Positions 13,282-26,349 of a stretch of DNA of 64,000 bases are shown here, piece after piece. The DNA is from Schmidtea polychroa (taxonomy: Eukaryota), in the NCBI GenBank assembly GCA_044892525.1, contig CM097886.1, positions 90,520,001 through 90,584,000 on the forward strand, written 5' to 3'. Within the stretch, counting starts at the first letter, position 1; each line of letters begins with the position of its first letter. The notes under the pieces are model-generated. The model ran no database searches and was not told the origin of the DNA. It worked only from the letters and a program-made list of their open reading frames with translations. A program made the translations under genes and the position numbers.

Positions 13282-13439
13282 CCAATGAGCTTTTAGTATT
13301 TAATCCTTAACGACTGTGTTTATTATTATTATTATCATTATTATTATTAATGTTATTATCGTTATTTGAATTGTTTTTAGAGTTATAATTGTCAAAAATA
13401 TGTTATTTAAATGCATTAAGTTTATTTAATTATTTATTA

Positions 13440-14495
13440 TTCTAATAGAAAATTGCCAACTAAATCAAAATATAACATTGCTATATATTTTGACCGTTTA
13501 ACAGACTGTCATGCTAGGAATCGTATTAATAATAAATAAATGAAAATAAGAATATCCAAACAAATTAACAAATAATAATTATAATCAAATTGTATCAAAT
13601 TAAAAAATATTTTAGTAAAATTTTAAAAATTAATATTTTAAATTTTAAAAAAAATCGATCTAAACACATTGATCAAAAATATGTGTTGGTATTACCTTAT
13701 TCTGAAGGTTTCAGAGAATTCAAACATAAAACCCTTAAACATGTAGATAAGACTATATTTATGATTGTTTCAACCTCTTGCAAAGTTGATAGCATGTTAA
13801 CTAATAAGTTTCCAACTCCAATTGGTCTGTGTTCAGAACTCGTGGATCAATTTTTATGCAATTGGTGTAATGCCCCATACATTGGCGAGACTATCCGTTA
13901 TTTCTGCACTCGAGTTCCTGACCATTGCCGATGGAAGGGATTAACCAAAATTAGTTATCATTTTAGGAAGTGTACCAAAAATAAAATAAGTATTTCTGAT
14001 TTTAAGATCATGTAGAGTAATTACTGGGAACGAGTAACGTACAAGGCTTTGCTAATTAGATCTTTAAATCCTATAACTAATATTCAAAGTGCGCAGTCTA
14101 CAGGGATTTCGAAAGTATTTAAATAATTTAACTTGTACATTTAATATTTGGGATGGTGTTGTTGTTTGTTAAATTTTTTGTATGAAAACAACTTTTAATT
14201 TTAAATTAAATTTAGTTTTTATAATAATTTAAAATATTTTTTTTGTATGACGATGTTAACAATTTTGTGATTGTTTTTTTAAATTAAAATAATATTTTTA
14301 TGATTTTTTAAAATTTTATTAAAATACTTTTTAGTTTGAAACAATTTGATTATGATTATTATTTGTTAATTTGTTTGAATATTCTTTTCTTCATTTAGTT
14401 GTGATTAATACGATTCCTAGCCCGAAGAAGACTGTTAAACGGTCGAAATATATAGCAAAATATATAATATACTTAGTTGCCGATTTTCTATTATA
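13440..14495 (+). mobile_element. 5'-truncated Penelope-like element (GIY-YIG remnant) with inverted pLTR arms
   Basis: ORF remnant LVDQFLCNWCNAPYIGETIR...R..DH, then ALLIRSLNP.TNIQ; ~90-bp inverted repeat at 13440-13530 and 14403-14495. Confidence 0.8.
14417..14456 (+). ncRNA. Minimal hammerhead ribozyme motif in PLE pseudo-LTR
   Basis: CCGAAGA-A-GACTGT/TAA/ACGGTC-GAAA-TATATA-GC: C(C)GANGA core, 6-bp stem II, GAAA, palindromic ATATAT stem III; only 2 bp of stem I remain. Confidence 0.6.
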
Positions 14496-14767
14496 AAAAC
14501 TTTTCCTTATTTTTTGATTATTTATTATTTTAATTATATTATAATTTTGTTGTCAAAACTATTGTTATAGATTTTCTTAAATATTTTCCAACTGATGACA
14601 ATTTGGAAGGTATTTTTCGGTAAGTTTTTGACCCAGATATTGGTGGCATCAAGGTTTATTAAACTGCTTTGCTCCCGAGCGTTATGAAGCTTCATTACCC
14701 ACTGTCTATATGAACAAAGGACAATCTAAAAATAACAAAACATAATTATGTAATAATTATTATAATT

Positions 14768-14861
14768 ATTTATTAAAAAGAGAGCTTGAAGACTATAAAT
14801 CAGTATTATATCGATGTTTTTTGATACTCACGAATTTTCGGCACTGACTTTATTCAAGTGA
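14768..14861 (+). repeat. Dispersed ~72-95-bp motif, copy 3
   Basis: Same core as copies 1, 2, 4. Confidence 0.85.
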
Positions 14862-15418
14862 ATTTTTTCAAGAAAATATCAAAATAAATCTTTTATTGAC
14901 TTAACAAATTCTTCAACATCTTCACCAATTAAGTACATTTTTGGTTAAGGAATAATCTGCAACAATAAATAAATTAATTAATATATTTTTAAAAAGAATA
15001 TTAGTTAATGGATATATTTTTTTGTACAGATTATTTAATTATTTATTTAATTATTAATTTATTTATTTATTTATGTACCCCATGGAAGTTTACTATAGTC
15101 AGTTTTTCTTTTTAAGTAATTAAATAAAAAAATATTTTAAATTACAAAGTTCAATTAATTTAGGTCAATAAGATAGAAACTTAAAATCATAGATATCCCA
15201 ACTCCAGTATTAAGGTGAGCCAGTGGTGCCATGTAAAAAGGCGCAAATTTCAAGATGGAGTGATTTTTCGTATTACTCCAAAAATTTATTTACTTATAGT
15301 TTAAAAATTTATGTTTTCAAAATTTATATCATCACCTCTGCTTTTAACGAAATTATTTGCATCTATTCAAAAAGTTTTAATATATTATATACATTTTAAT
15401 AAACTATATCCTCTAAAC

Positions 15419-16052
15419 CATTGGTTCCCAAACTTATTTGATCTACCGCCCCCTTTTCCACAAAAAATATTAATCAGCGCCCCTGGATTTTTTTCAATTT
15501 GAATAGCATTTAAGTAGAAATATAAATAGTTACCTATTCTAAAAGAATCTGATTGATCAGAAAAGGAAAGTGATTCCCAGATGGGGAATAATTAACAAAT
15601 TTGGAAAGTGATGATCAAGATAGGTAATGATGGTACTAATAAGGAAGTTAGTGATTAGTGAAAAAGGAGGTTATATAAAATATAAATATCTCTTTCGACG
15701 CTCAATCGTATTGCGCAAGTTAGGACAAGTATCAATGAACCAGCCGATTGCTACCGGATTGCTCCAATAGCGTTATTTAACAGAAACTTGGTACAACTTG
15801 ATTGCGTACGGCGTGCGGGCTATCCTACTAAATCTATGTTAAGTAATTTAAGTTTTTATTCCATCATTCAGGGTAGAAATATAAACAATTATTCGTTATT
15901 GTGTAGTAGGTAGGTTTAAACTTTAGTGAAATTTAAAATATAAAGTAAATGAAATTACAAATCTACCATTGCCCTCTTAACCCACGTCAACGCCCCCCTC
16001 TAGGTCTCAAACACCCACAAGGGGGCGTTATCGCCCACTTTGAGAAAGACTG
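15419..16052. mobile_element. Non-autonomous hAT (Charlie-like) element
   Basis: Ends CATTGGTTCCCAAAC ... CACTTTGAGAAAGACTG; 8-bp flanks CTCTAAAC / CTCTAAAT (7/8). Confidence 0.75.
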
Positions 16053-16347
16053 CTCTAAATATATTCCACTTGACAATATTTTTTCAACACACTATCAGAA
16101 TTAAACGCTACATTTTACAAAATAAGACACATTGTGAATGTAGTTCACTTTGTTACATCCATTAACCTTTTTGGTAAAATTCATTGTTTCAAAATGTGTT
16201 GGACATAAATTAAAATCAAATTTGCCTCACTCGAAATGTAAAAATTATTTTAAAAATATCTTTTATCTCTTTCACCATTTATCTGAATTCAATTTCAATT
16301 GCCGAAAATTTGCATTAAATATAAAACAAAATATTAATCTATTATCC

Positions 16348-16679
16348 CAGTGATGCCCACAATATTTCCAACAAGTGTCAATTTAAAAATTCAAATTTTT
16401 TATTAAAATCATTCATTAATATTATTGGCTAATTTTTCAAAATCAATTGGATCATCATTCATCGCTCTTTTAAGTTGAATATTTAAATTTGAATTTAATA
16501 ATCGATTCCTGTGTTTATTTTTAATTATTTTCAAAGCTGATATCTTTCGATTGTAGATTAATAATAAACAATAATTATTGATTTCAAGGTTAGGGTAATT
16601 GTTTCGAAAACTTTAATAAATATAGAAGTTAAGAGTGTCAATAGAAAGCCTAAAGCGTGCTACACTTTGGGGACCACTG
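16348..16679. mobile_element. hAT MITE
   Basis: Ends CAGTGATGCCCAC ... CTTTGGGGACCACTG; 8-bp flanks TATTATCC / TATTATAC (7/8). Confidence 0.7.
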
Positions 16680-17433
16680 TATTATACGCAAAGAAATTAA
16701 ATATTAAAGTATTGAAATTTCAATTTATAACTTTTTAATTTCTTAAAATTAAAGTTGCTAATAATAGAAAATTAATATTTTCGATATGGTTAAACACATC
16801 GGTTTAATTAAATAATAATAGTCTAGAATTCTACATTTAAGATAAACATAAAATTCATTTGCATAATGTTCATAAGCTTAAGTTGAGTAAAAATTAATGA
16901 AATACAATGACAGTGAACCCACATAGACAAGATAATAACTGAATATACAAATTTCTCAAATGATAAACTGCTTTTATTGAAAGTTTTAAGTAGTGAAAAA
17001 TAAATTAAACTTTAACTAAAAGGTTCATTAATTTTAAAAATTAAATCGCCCACAGTCCCCTTCAATGAGGAAGTGAGTCCCAACACTTTTTGAATTGGGT
17101 TGTTCCACATGTTCAACACGATTTCCTAATTTCAAAAAAATATGATAAAACTTTGTACAAAAGTATAAAGTGATGATTCCTGGGAAGCAGCATTAATTTA
17201 ATGTTAAACAATTAAATTATTTTATTTTTTTGATATATTCTTTGCAGCAAAGGGCTTAAATTATCATTTAATTTTTAACTTTGTACAAATCTGTTAATAG
17301 AATCCACAAATGCAAATGATAAAATTATATAATATATCTACAGATAGGAGATGAGTGGCTTACATTTTTTGTACAATTTTTTCATTTAGTATCAATCTCA
17401 TTATCTTTTACTTACATACCATATAGAGTATTC

Positions 17434-17830
17434 TTAGTGATTCGAGTGAACAGAAGAAAGAAAATGCATTGGAACTTTAATTTCAATCAAATCATCTACA
17501 GAAAACTGTATTCCAATAACTGAATCGTTGAATAATTGTTCATAATCCAAATCTCCAACCGAAACTTTATTTTCCAACTCCAAAATCTGAATAGGCGATC
17601 CAGTTGCAGCACATAGCCAATATATGTTGGGCGAAAAGATAAATTTTTTAATAATATCACACATTTCTAACGCGCATAAATGTCGTCCTTCAGATAAATT
17701 AAAGTTCCGTCCCATGATCCAGGCCATGCAAATTGACCATCATTTGACATAACAACATCACTTTCAAAGTTATCCCACATAATCATAGATTTATCCCTTG
17801 ATGCAGAAATAAGAAATAAATAAATTAGCA
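17434..17830 (-). pseudogene. RACK1: Internally deleted RACK1 (GNB2L1) WD40 copy
   Basis: [34 protein letters not shown] and [10 protein letters not shown]...DII..F.FSPNIYWLCAATG match RACK1 WD1, WD2 and WD5/6; intervening repeats missing and frame broken. Confidence 0.85.
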
Positions 17831-18689
17831 TTGTAAGTTATCATTAGTTCTCTGATCATTAATTTTCGTTTTAGTAAAACTTTTCTCACCATTTCCTTTT
17901 AACCAATCGGGCCACATTTGCCTTGGACTACGTTGTACGTTATTTTTGGACAAGCATTGATTGCTGTCATGTCCCATTCTTTGGATATTATCACACTGAA
18001 TCGGAATTGGGCTTCTTTCACCAATATTAGATACTAGGAAAGGTATTGATTATTTGAAGAAAGTTCAAGAGTTCATTAAATTCTAAAATGGAAATGTTTT
18101 TGAAATGAAGAAAAGGTTATTTTCTGTCACAATTGATGGGGCTTCGTCGCTGCTTTTAGTTTTTATGGCGTCATTGTAAATAACATGTAAAAACACAATT
18201 TGGAATAATGTATTAGTGGTTGTTCATAGTGTTTTTTATTTCTTCACATTTCTCCATAGTTTTGAAGCATCCAATTTCCAGGAAAAGTCAAGGTTTTGTT
18301 GTACACTAATTTCAGTAAAAATGACTCTCTCGACGAATTCCACGAGCATGACAAACACGAGACCTTTTCCTTGGATTGGTTGCTTTTCGGTTGGAAATAA
18401 TCTTGGAAACATTCATAAAATAAGTTGGATGTGTATTGCCGATGTATTGCAGGGATAATGAAACAATATCAAGCACGTCAATAAAATAATTAAATGTTCT
18501 TAATTATATATGGTTTCATTTTATTTACACGTGTCTCATTTCCTGCAAACATTTTATGATTTCTTCCAAATTACAAATATAAATTTGATAATAGATTTGC
18601 AATTCTCTATTTAAGAAATATCGGATTATCCCATATGTATAATTAGTTTATTTTTATTTTATGTTATCTAAAATAGAAGTAATGTGACC

Positions 18690-19619
18690 CAGGGACGTAG
18701 CTAAGAGGGCATAGGTGCATTAAATTATAAATTATCAAAAATAAATTAAGATTGAAGTATTTTAATTAAACCTTTATTTTGGTTTTGTTGTGAGAATTGT
18801 ATCAAAATAAAAAAACTAAAGAAAAAGAAACGAAGAACTTCAAAATTTTAATAACCTAATTGATTTCTATCAAAAAGATATTGATTGTAACAAACTCTTG
18901 AATGAGTTTAAACTGTGATTCAACAAATTTGAAGAAATTAAAATCAAACCGACTACTGCTGTAGATAGAAAAGCAATTTGTGATCCAATTTTTTATAAAA
19001 ATATTTATATTCTCACAATATTTGCTACTTTGCCGGTATGAACTTGTACAGCAGAGCGTTCTCTTCATCACTTAAATACCTGAAGTCATATTTAAGAAAT
19101 GCCATGGATAAAAAAAAGTTAAACGGTTTGGCTTTGTTATATATTCATCAAGGCATTAAAATAAGTCCAGATGAAATACTTTCTGAATTAATGAAGGGAC
19201 AAAGACGGATTAATATTATATTTCAATATATTCTTTGTAATATGCATTGTTAATAATTAAAAATAAATTTGTTAACCCTTTGAGGGCGACGGGCTCAACA
19301 TTTTTTATTCCCCCAAAGGTGGAATTTTGCCATTAAAAATGAATTTTCCCTAAATTGACGTATAATTAAAAATGTGACTATTTTGACAACTATTACAAGC
19401 TGTAGAATATATTGGCGCAAACTAGAAGTTTTTGGCATTTAGTGGACTAGAGTCGAATTTCGCCCTCAAGACCAAAATAAAGTTGTGCGACTGTAGTCGC
19501 ATGGCGGCCTCAAAAGGTTAATTATCTTAGAATATTTTTTTCTATTTTTCCGTGTCAACTTTTAACATTGCTCGATGAATTGCAGTAATTAATAATTTTG
19601 CCCCCCAGGTGAAATCCTG
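18690..19619 (+). mobile_element. Decayed hAT element with C-terminal dimerisation-domain remnant
   Basis: IFATLPV.TCTAERS.SSLKYLKSYLRNAM...LNGLALLYIH (hAT dimerisation motif); ends CAGGGACGTAGC ... GAAATCCTG; flanks ATGTGACC / GTGTGACC (7/8). Confidence 0.8.
19276..19517 (+). mobile_element. piggyBac-type MITE (242 bp), nested in the hAT element
   Basis: TTAA on both sides; termini CCCTTTGAGG ... CCTCAAAAGG; near-identical copy at 48812-49051. Confidence 0.9.
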
Positions 19620-20030
19620 GTGTGACCCACCTTGCAAATAATTTTGTCAGAAAAATGAGTCATCTTAAAGAACAATAATCTCTCACACTCTCATCGATGA
19701 GATTTTTAAAATTAATCAAAATAATTATTTGTACGCACGTTGAAAGATAAAAACGATATAAGACATTCTGGTTGGATAAATATATCTCATTGGTTGTCAT
19801 GGCAACCATAAGATAATAAAACAGGTCGAACATAAATATTACGTAACTAACACATATAAATCCATCGCATAATGACATATCAAATTGCTTCATTGACTGA
19901 CAAATAAAAAACCACAGAAAATCGATTAATTCGAAAAAATAATAACAATAAATATTGTCAATTTATCAAACAAACAAATATTTTTATTGATTACATAAAT
20001 GCGAAAAAAATCTCCAGCTTTGGTGACAAA

Positions 20031-23000
20031 TCATACACATTTCTTCTCGATGCAAGACTTTCCGAATTCTTTGTATTCCTGTTTTGAGGTCCACATCTGC
20101 TGGAATGTTCCCTGAAGGTTTGTTGTCAAATGTTCACATGAAATATCCCATTCAAATATAATACCAATGATCCCATAACAGAGCCACCGATCCAACTGGA
20201 ATAGCGACGCTCAGCGGATATATTGACGAAATTAACTTTCAATCTCATCGACTGAGGAGTTTTATTATTCAAATCTTTCTGTAATCTTTCCGGGAATCCA
20301 AATAAAAGACTGTTTCCACCGACAATTAGCACATTATTGTAAAGATTCTTGGTCAAATGGAATTAAGAATGATTTAAAACCAAAAGAAGAATGAACTACC
20401 GATCTGACATCCATATCACACATACTAATACTGCTAGATACGATGTGGCTCATTGACAACATGGAATTACCCATTGACTCCTAATTATGTAATTATTTAT
20501 TGCAAATGATTCTCAACAATGATTTACTGGTAATATTGACGGATCAAATAACGCTTCTGGAATCTGAAATCTCTCATGACCAACATCAATACTGTAGCCA
20601 TTAGGAAAGTCATAGGATACAGTGGGTAAATTATCAGCTTGACTAAGAATAGAACATTTTTTTAAAAAAGAAGAAAGCTACAATATTAAACTACGTTTCA
20701 TTGTACTTGTCATCAGCTACTTGATAAACGGAAGCTGCAAAATCTTGCATTAAAGACTGAAAAGAGAAAGATCTTTATATAAAAACTGAAAGATTCTGCT
20801 CATATAAAATAAAGAATTAAAAATTTTTCCTATAGATTTATATTTTCATTTTATCTTTGTGAAGTTCCTAGATCCACTCCAAATGCTTATTTCCTTATTC
20901 TTTAATCTATCTATATATTTTCTCTATGTAATATATTGTAATTTTGAATTATTAATTTCCTTCAATCAATAAAAATAATATTAATAAATAAATCGATTCA
21001 TAAATTATCAAATTATACTTGATGAAATTAAATATCTATTTTTGATTTTAAATTTTTAATACTTTATTTTATATAATTAATTTTCAATCATAAATTACAA
21101 GAACAAATTAGGAGCAGGAAAACGCAAAGAAAAAATTGATTTGAAAGAAAAAGAAATAAGAATTAAAGAAACCTAAATATTTATAGAGAGCACAAGAAAT
21201 GCTAAATCAACTTTAACAAATTCTGGTGACAATTCCAGAGAAAATAATTAACAGCAAGTTCAAGTTACCCATCAACCAGAAGAAAATACATTTGCAGTCA
21301 TAAATGAAGATCAGAAAATCAAATGACTTCGTGACACATATAAATTGATTCTTATGATGTAAGTGTAATTGAAACGGAATATTGTACATCAAGTGAAGAA
21401 TGCAATACACTTAGGTTCATAAATGCACCCCAGCGTATTTCCTAACGACATTCATGGATATAAATTTCCAATTAATTTACTTAAAATAACTTTTTTTTGA
21501 ATTTTCTAGTTTGGAGCGCTAGTAAGTACGCATCGATTTGCTTTTCTTATAGACATTTAAATAAAATTTCTACTTGTCACAAATTGAATTTATCTTCGAA
21601 ATCTGAATATTCAACAGAAATGGGAAAAAATTATTCGAAAAAAATTCCAGAACATCATAACAGAGTTAACCACAAATTAATTATATGGATTGACAGAATT
21701 TAGAGAAAATATTTTCCAAGACAATTGTAAATTCGTTTCTTCAGGAACACGGATGGTCACAAATATTATATATAACTTTGGGCGTGAGTAAATGTATATA
21801 AAGGTAAAAAAACATCTGATAAGTGATTGCAGAATTTTAGAATTAAGACTATTTATTAAAGTCACTAGGACACGGTATTAAAAAAATATTTGGATAATGT
21901 AAAAGCTCAAAAACACTGCAAAATCTTAAAATCGATCCAAACATAAATTTGAGAGGTAAAAGGCGTAAATTTAGGACAATATTCTCAGATGAAATTGGCG
22001 ATGACTATTAAGATACAGTTTTTTTTAAGTTAAACTTGGTGATATCAAGGTCTTAATGAAATATGTTGTTCATTCGGATTTCTGTGGAATTACCTAGAAA
22101 TTTATGTTGACCATTTAATACAAAATGGTAATAGTTTATATAATGAATATACTTCAGCAATCACCAAAGAAATTTCAGATGAAATCGTTACCGTGACTCA
22201 AGAGATCATTTAGCATAATTGCAACAGTGAAAAATATATTGAGATCTAATTTTTAGATTCACTTTCAAATAGATTTTGAAGTAGGTTGATGTGAGCTCAC
22301 TGAGTTATCGCGCATCTACATGGGCGATAATATATGAATCAATTTATGTTATATTTCTTGCAAGATTATTATTAAAGTTATATATATATATTTAACTACT
22401 TTTTATTTTCTAACTAAAGTGAGGTCACTTTTAATCGCAATCTTTACTATAAAAATTTACCAATATTGATTTTATAGTACATTAATGTGCAAAAAGTCCA
22501 ATTTTATGTTTTTAGATTTTTAAATTTTTTTAATTTAATTATAACAAAAATATTCGATAAAGTGTTTGATTTTTATGTTATTTATTATATATTGATTTTT
22601 GAGTGCTGTTTGCAATTTAACTATAATAAGACACTTTTTATTTATATAACTAAAGCAAGAACACTTTTAGTCCCAATGTGCACACTGTACTATAAAAAGT
22701 GATAATTTTGATTTTATAGTGCATAATTATGCAATTTTTATGTTTTTGTTTCATCGCACTATAATGTAAAGGCTTGAGATTTTTGAAAATGTCTTTTGGC
22801 AAAAAAATAGAATTTTGAGATTGATGTTTTTTGACCACTTTTTCGTATCTCGTTGAGATTCGGGTGGTGAAAATGTTCTAATTTAATTATAGCAAAAATA
22901 TTCGATTAAGCTTTTGATTTTTATGTTATGTGTTATATATAGATTTTTGAGTGCAGTGTGCAATTTGACTATAGTCAGAGACACTTTTAGTCCCAATGTG

Positions 23001-25480
23001 CGCTCTGAATTATAATGTGCTAATATTGATTTTATAGTGCAAATTTGTGCAGAAAGTGCAATTTTTATGTTTGAGATTTTGAAAATGTCTTTCGGCAAAA
23101 ATAGATTTTTGATAAACGATTAAGCATTTGTTTTTTAGATCGTTTTAAAGCCAATCAGATACTTGTCTAGTATAGGGGAGTGATATCACAAAAATGATTA
23201 TATTTCTAAATAATAGCATCCTAACTAGTAGGCCTATATTAATGCCATCTCATTCAGACTGTTAGCTTTGATTTGACAGCCTTTGAAAGTCAATAATTGC
23301 AAAAAGATTATTTTTGCGAGGGAAAACCATCACATAAGTCGAAGACAATTTGAAGAAATATTACATGAACTCTGCTGCTTCCATTTTATGGTCCGTCGAT
23401 GTGATCGAAACAGCACAAAATACATTTCGCACTCAACAGAAATGGTCAACAAAATCCATGACAGTGTTGGTGGATTGCAGAGTAAATGTTAAATAAATTG
23501 TTCAGGTGGTAAATATCTCGGGTAGACGCGTACGGAACGTCCTACACCAACTACTTCCAGCGTATCAGTGCAATCGAATATCGTTTTTGTGGAGATTCAT
23601 GATTGCTGATGGATGGAAATAATGGAACAATCAAAGGTATCATATTGATCGACTAATTGCAAAAAGGAAAAAATGAACACATTAGAGTATTATGTTACAA
23701 TTTTAAACCAATTAAATTATGAATTGATGATTGGTAGTCTAGAACATAGCCACGCATTCATGCGCTTTTGTGACGAAATTGATTGATTTGTGCTACGAAT
23801 TATTGTCAAAACCCCCTTATTTGACGGCTTCCTATGGCACTGCTCTCTCTTCCCAAATATGAAAAAAATGGCTGGCTGGGAGGAAATTTTCATCATTTAA
23901 AAATGTCATAGCAGTTTTAATTGGTACTGAGCAGAGAGCATGAGGAAGAGTCACTCGTGTTTGATAAGGCACGGTGATAAATTTAACAAATTAGCATCCT
24001 AATTGCCCATCTTCGTCAAGTTCCTAGATCCACCTGATTTCCTTAATCTCCAATCTATCTATATATTTTCTCTAGGTAATATATTGTAATTTTGAATTAT
24101 TAATTTCCTTCAATCAATAAAAATAATATTAATTATTAAATCGATTGCTAAATTATCAAATTATAATTGTTAATAGAATTAAAATTAATTCTGACCATGG
24201 GAATAATAAATATAATAATAAATCAGATATAATAAATCTTTTAATTACATTTTAACTATTCTCGTTTCTTTTACAAACCTTAATAATAATTTATATAGAA
24301 AAATAAGTTTATTTTCATTTGTATCCATTTATATTACTGATTATTTTTACTCAGTAATTATTTTTATAAATTATTAATATTAATGAAGTTGCAAATACTC
24401 ACTTTAACCATATAGCGATTAAATGAATCGGTAACTTGTGGCAAATTCGGTTTCATCGTCCATCTAGGCTTTTCTCCCGATTTAACAAACTCCTTAATTG
24501 GTTGTCAATACTTCACTCGAATCACGGTGAAAAAACAATTCTACTTTACTGGCAACTTTGTAAATTGGGACCGGCTCTATTTTTTGAGCTTCGAGATACT
24601 TTTGTGTTTGTCTAACTATAAAATCCCCGGCTAAAGGAGATCGCATAATTCCTTGTGTCAATACGTGACCATCATAGACTGGCACAGTGGAAGTATATGT
24701 GGATCCACTATCTATAACGAGCCCGGTTGCACGTCCATTAGAAAAGCAACTTAGAACGGCATTTTTTGCAACAAATGCAGCTGGAACCTATTTAAATGAA
24801 AAATCAATTTTATTATAACCATTTTAATAATAGCTCGGATTGGATATCATATAATTATACATTTTTATTATGTTTAGATGAATAAAAATAAATGATTAAT
24901 TCCAACAATTGAATGAATTGAAAAGATTTTTAAGACAACTAATTATTACATCAAATTTTTCAAATAATATCTCAGCAAGTTTCTCCCGTTTGGCTTTAGT
25001 ATTCCAAGCCGGTTCGGAAAATAAAATCGGATGGCAAGTGGTTTCATAAGGAGTTAAGTTTCTCAGCATATGCTCAACAATTTTTTCAAACAAATCCCAA
25101 TCATCAACTAAATAATTAAGTTACTTTAAGTAATTGTTGATTAGCTTACTCATGCAATCTTTCATTAATGGTAGCAGTTCTTTGCCCCGAACTGGAAATG
25201 TGACATTATTACCAACAACATATCTCTTCGATTTGGATTCATCTAATACTTCAATGACACCAGCTACACTAGGGATATCTAACTGGATTTTAATTTTGAA
25301 TTATTTTATTTTTAGCGAAATTTAGTACTTTTGGTAAATCTTCACCGGCGAACCCTCCTCTCAGTGAATATGATCCGAAATCAAATACAAGAGCTCCGAC
25401 TTCATCTATTATATAAATAACGATTAATATATTTAATTGAATAGAAAATAATAACCTCCTCCATGCATTGCTCCACTCAT
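20031..25480 (-). CDS. ACTL6A: Actin-like protein 6 / BAF53 / Arp4 (SWI/SNF, INO80, NuA4 subunit), about 11 exons
   Basis: Spliced translation [34 protein letters not shown] ... [27 protein letters not shown] ... [22 protein letters not shown] ... [37 protein letters not shown]; GT-AG introns mostly ~43-110 nt, one of 3.65 kb (20757-24402). Confidence 0.95.
20862..21017 (+). repeat. ~150-bp direct repeat, copy A (copy B at 24018-24165), in the large ACTL6 intron
   Basis: AAGTTCCTAGATCCAC...AATCTATCTATATATTTTCTCTA.GTAATATATTGTAATTTTGAATTATTAATTTCCTTCAATCAATAAAAATAATATTAAT present in both. Confidence 0.9.
22430..23115 (+). repeat. Imperfect internal duplication (~350-bp period)
   Basis: AAAATATTCGAT.AAG..TTTGATTTTTATGTTAT...GATTTTTGAGTGC, ACACTTTTAGTCCCAATGTGC and TTTTGAAAATGTCTTT.GGCAAAAA each occur twice. 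Confidence 0.7.
23230..24016 (+). mobile_element. Decayed mariner transposase
   Basis: Fragments [15 protein letters not shown] (N-terminal HTH region) and PY...LAP...[20 protein letters not shown] (YSPDL region) with stops/frameshifts; boundaries approximate. Confidence 0.7.
24018..24165 (+). repeat. ~150-bp direct repeat, copy B
   Basis: See copy A at 20862-21017. Confidence 0.9.
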
Positions 25481-26100
25481 TATTTAATTTTTAAATATAA
25501 CCAAAATAAATTTAAATTGAATAAAACAAACAACCAAATAAATAATTCATAATTTCAAAGAAAAATTTAAAGAATATCATTACCAGAGTAGTATTTTTAT
25601 ATTAATTTCAAATTTAGTAATTTCTCAATTTTTATTTAGTCTGTAATTTTTTTAATGTGATGTTCACTATCACCTTTATTAACTTGTGTAAAAATTTTAC
25701 GGTTTGTAATTAAAATAATATTTATAAGTATTCGAACATTCCAAAATATCACAATTCCATATTATCTTGTAATGTTAAAAAATTTTTAAGACTTAAATTT
25801 ATAATTATGTGTTTTATTATTTAGGTCGTTTAAATCGTTAATATATAGAAATATATTAATTATATATCAAAATTATATTTTTAACATGTGACTTTTCTAA
25901 GCAACTAACTTAACTATTTAATTAAGTCAATAAAAATAATTTGAATAAAATATATATTTAATATTACATAAATCGACGTATTAATAAAATTAATTTAATA
26001 AATTATAACACTATATACATTTTTATCTAAAAAATCTAATTAAATCTAAACTTAATGTGTTTTTTGATGAAATCCTATTTTTCTGACAATTGAAAATCTT

Positions 26101-26349
26101 CTAATCATAGGTTCTGGAAATCCTTTTCTGTCCATGTAGTTTGAAAACCAAGTTTATCATAGACCAAAGAAGTATTAAAATGCTATATGAAAGTAATAAG
26201 GCCAATCCGACATGTAGAAAAGTATTGAAAGTAGAATCATCATAACGAATATATCTATGCCGATCTTTCTGAGCCTCCTCGTAAATCACACTGTACACGG
26301 AATGTATACAAATAATAAACAATATTGTAGATTTGAAAAAAACACCCAT
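26101..26349 (-). CDS. Small secreted/single-pass membrane protein, family member 5 (82 aa)
   Basis: IYEEAQKDRHRYIRYDDSTFNTFLHVGLALLLSYSILILLWSMINLVFKLHGQKR matches family consensus. Confidence 0.8.
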   Translation of the reverse strand: MGVFFKSTILFIICIHSVYSVIYEEAQKDRHRYIRYDDSTFNTFLHVGLALLLSYSILILLWSMINLVFKLHGQKRISRTYD

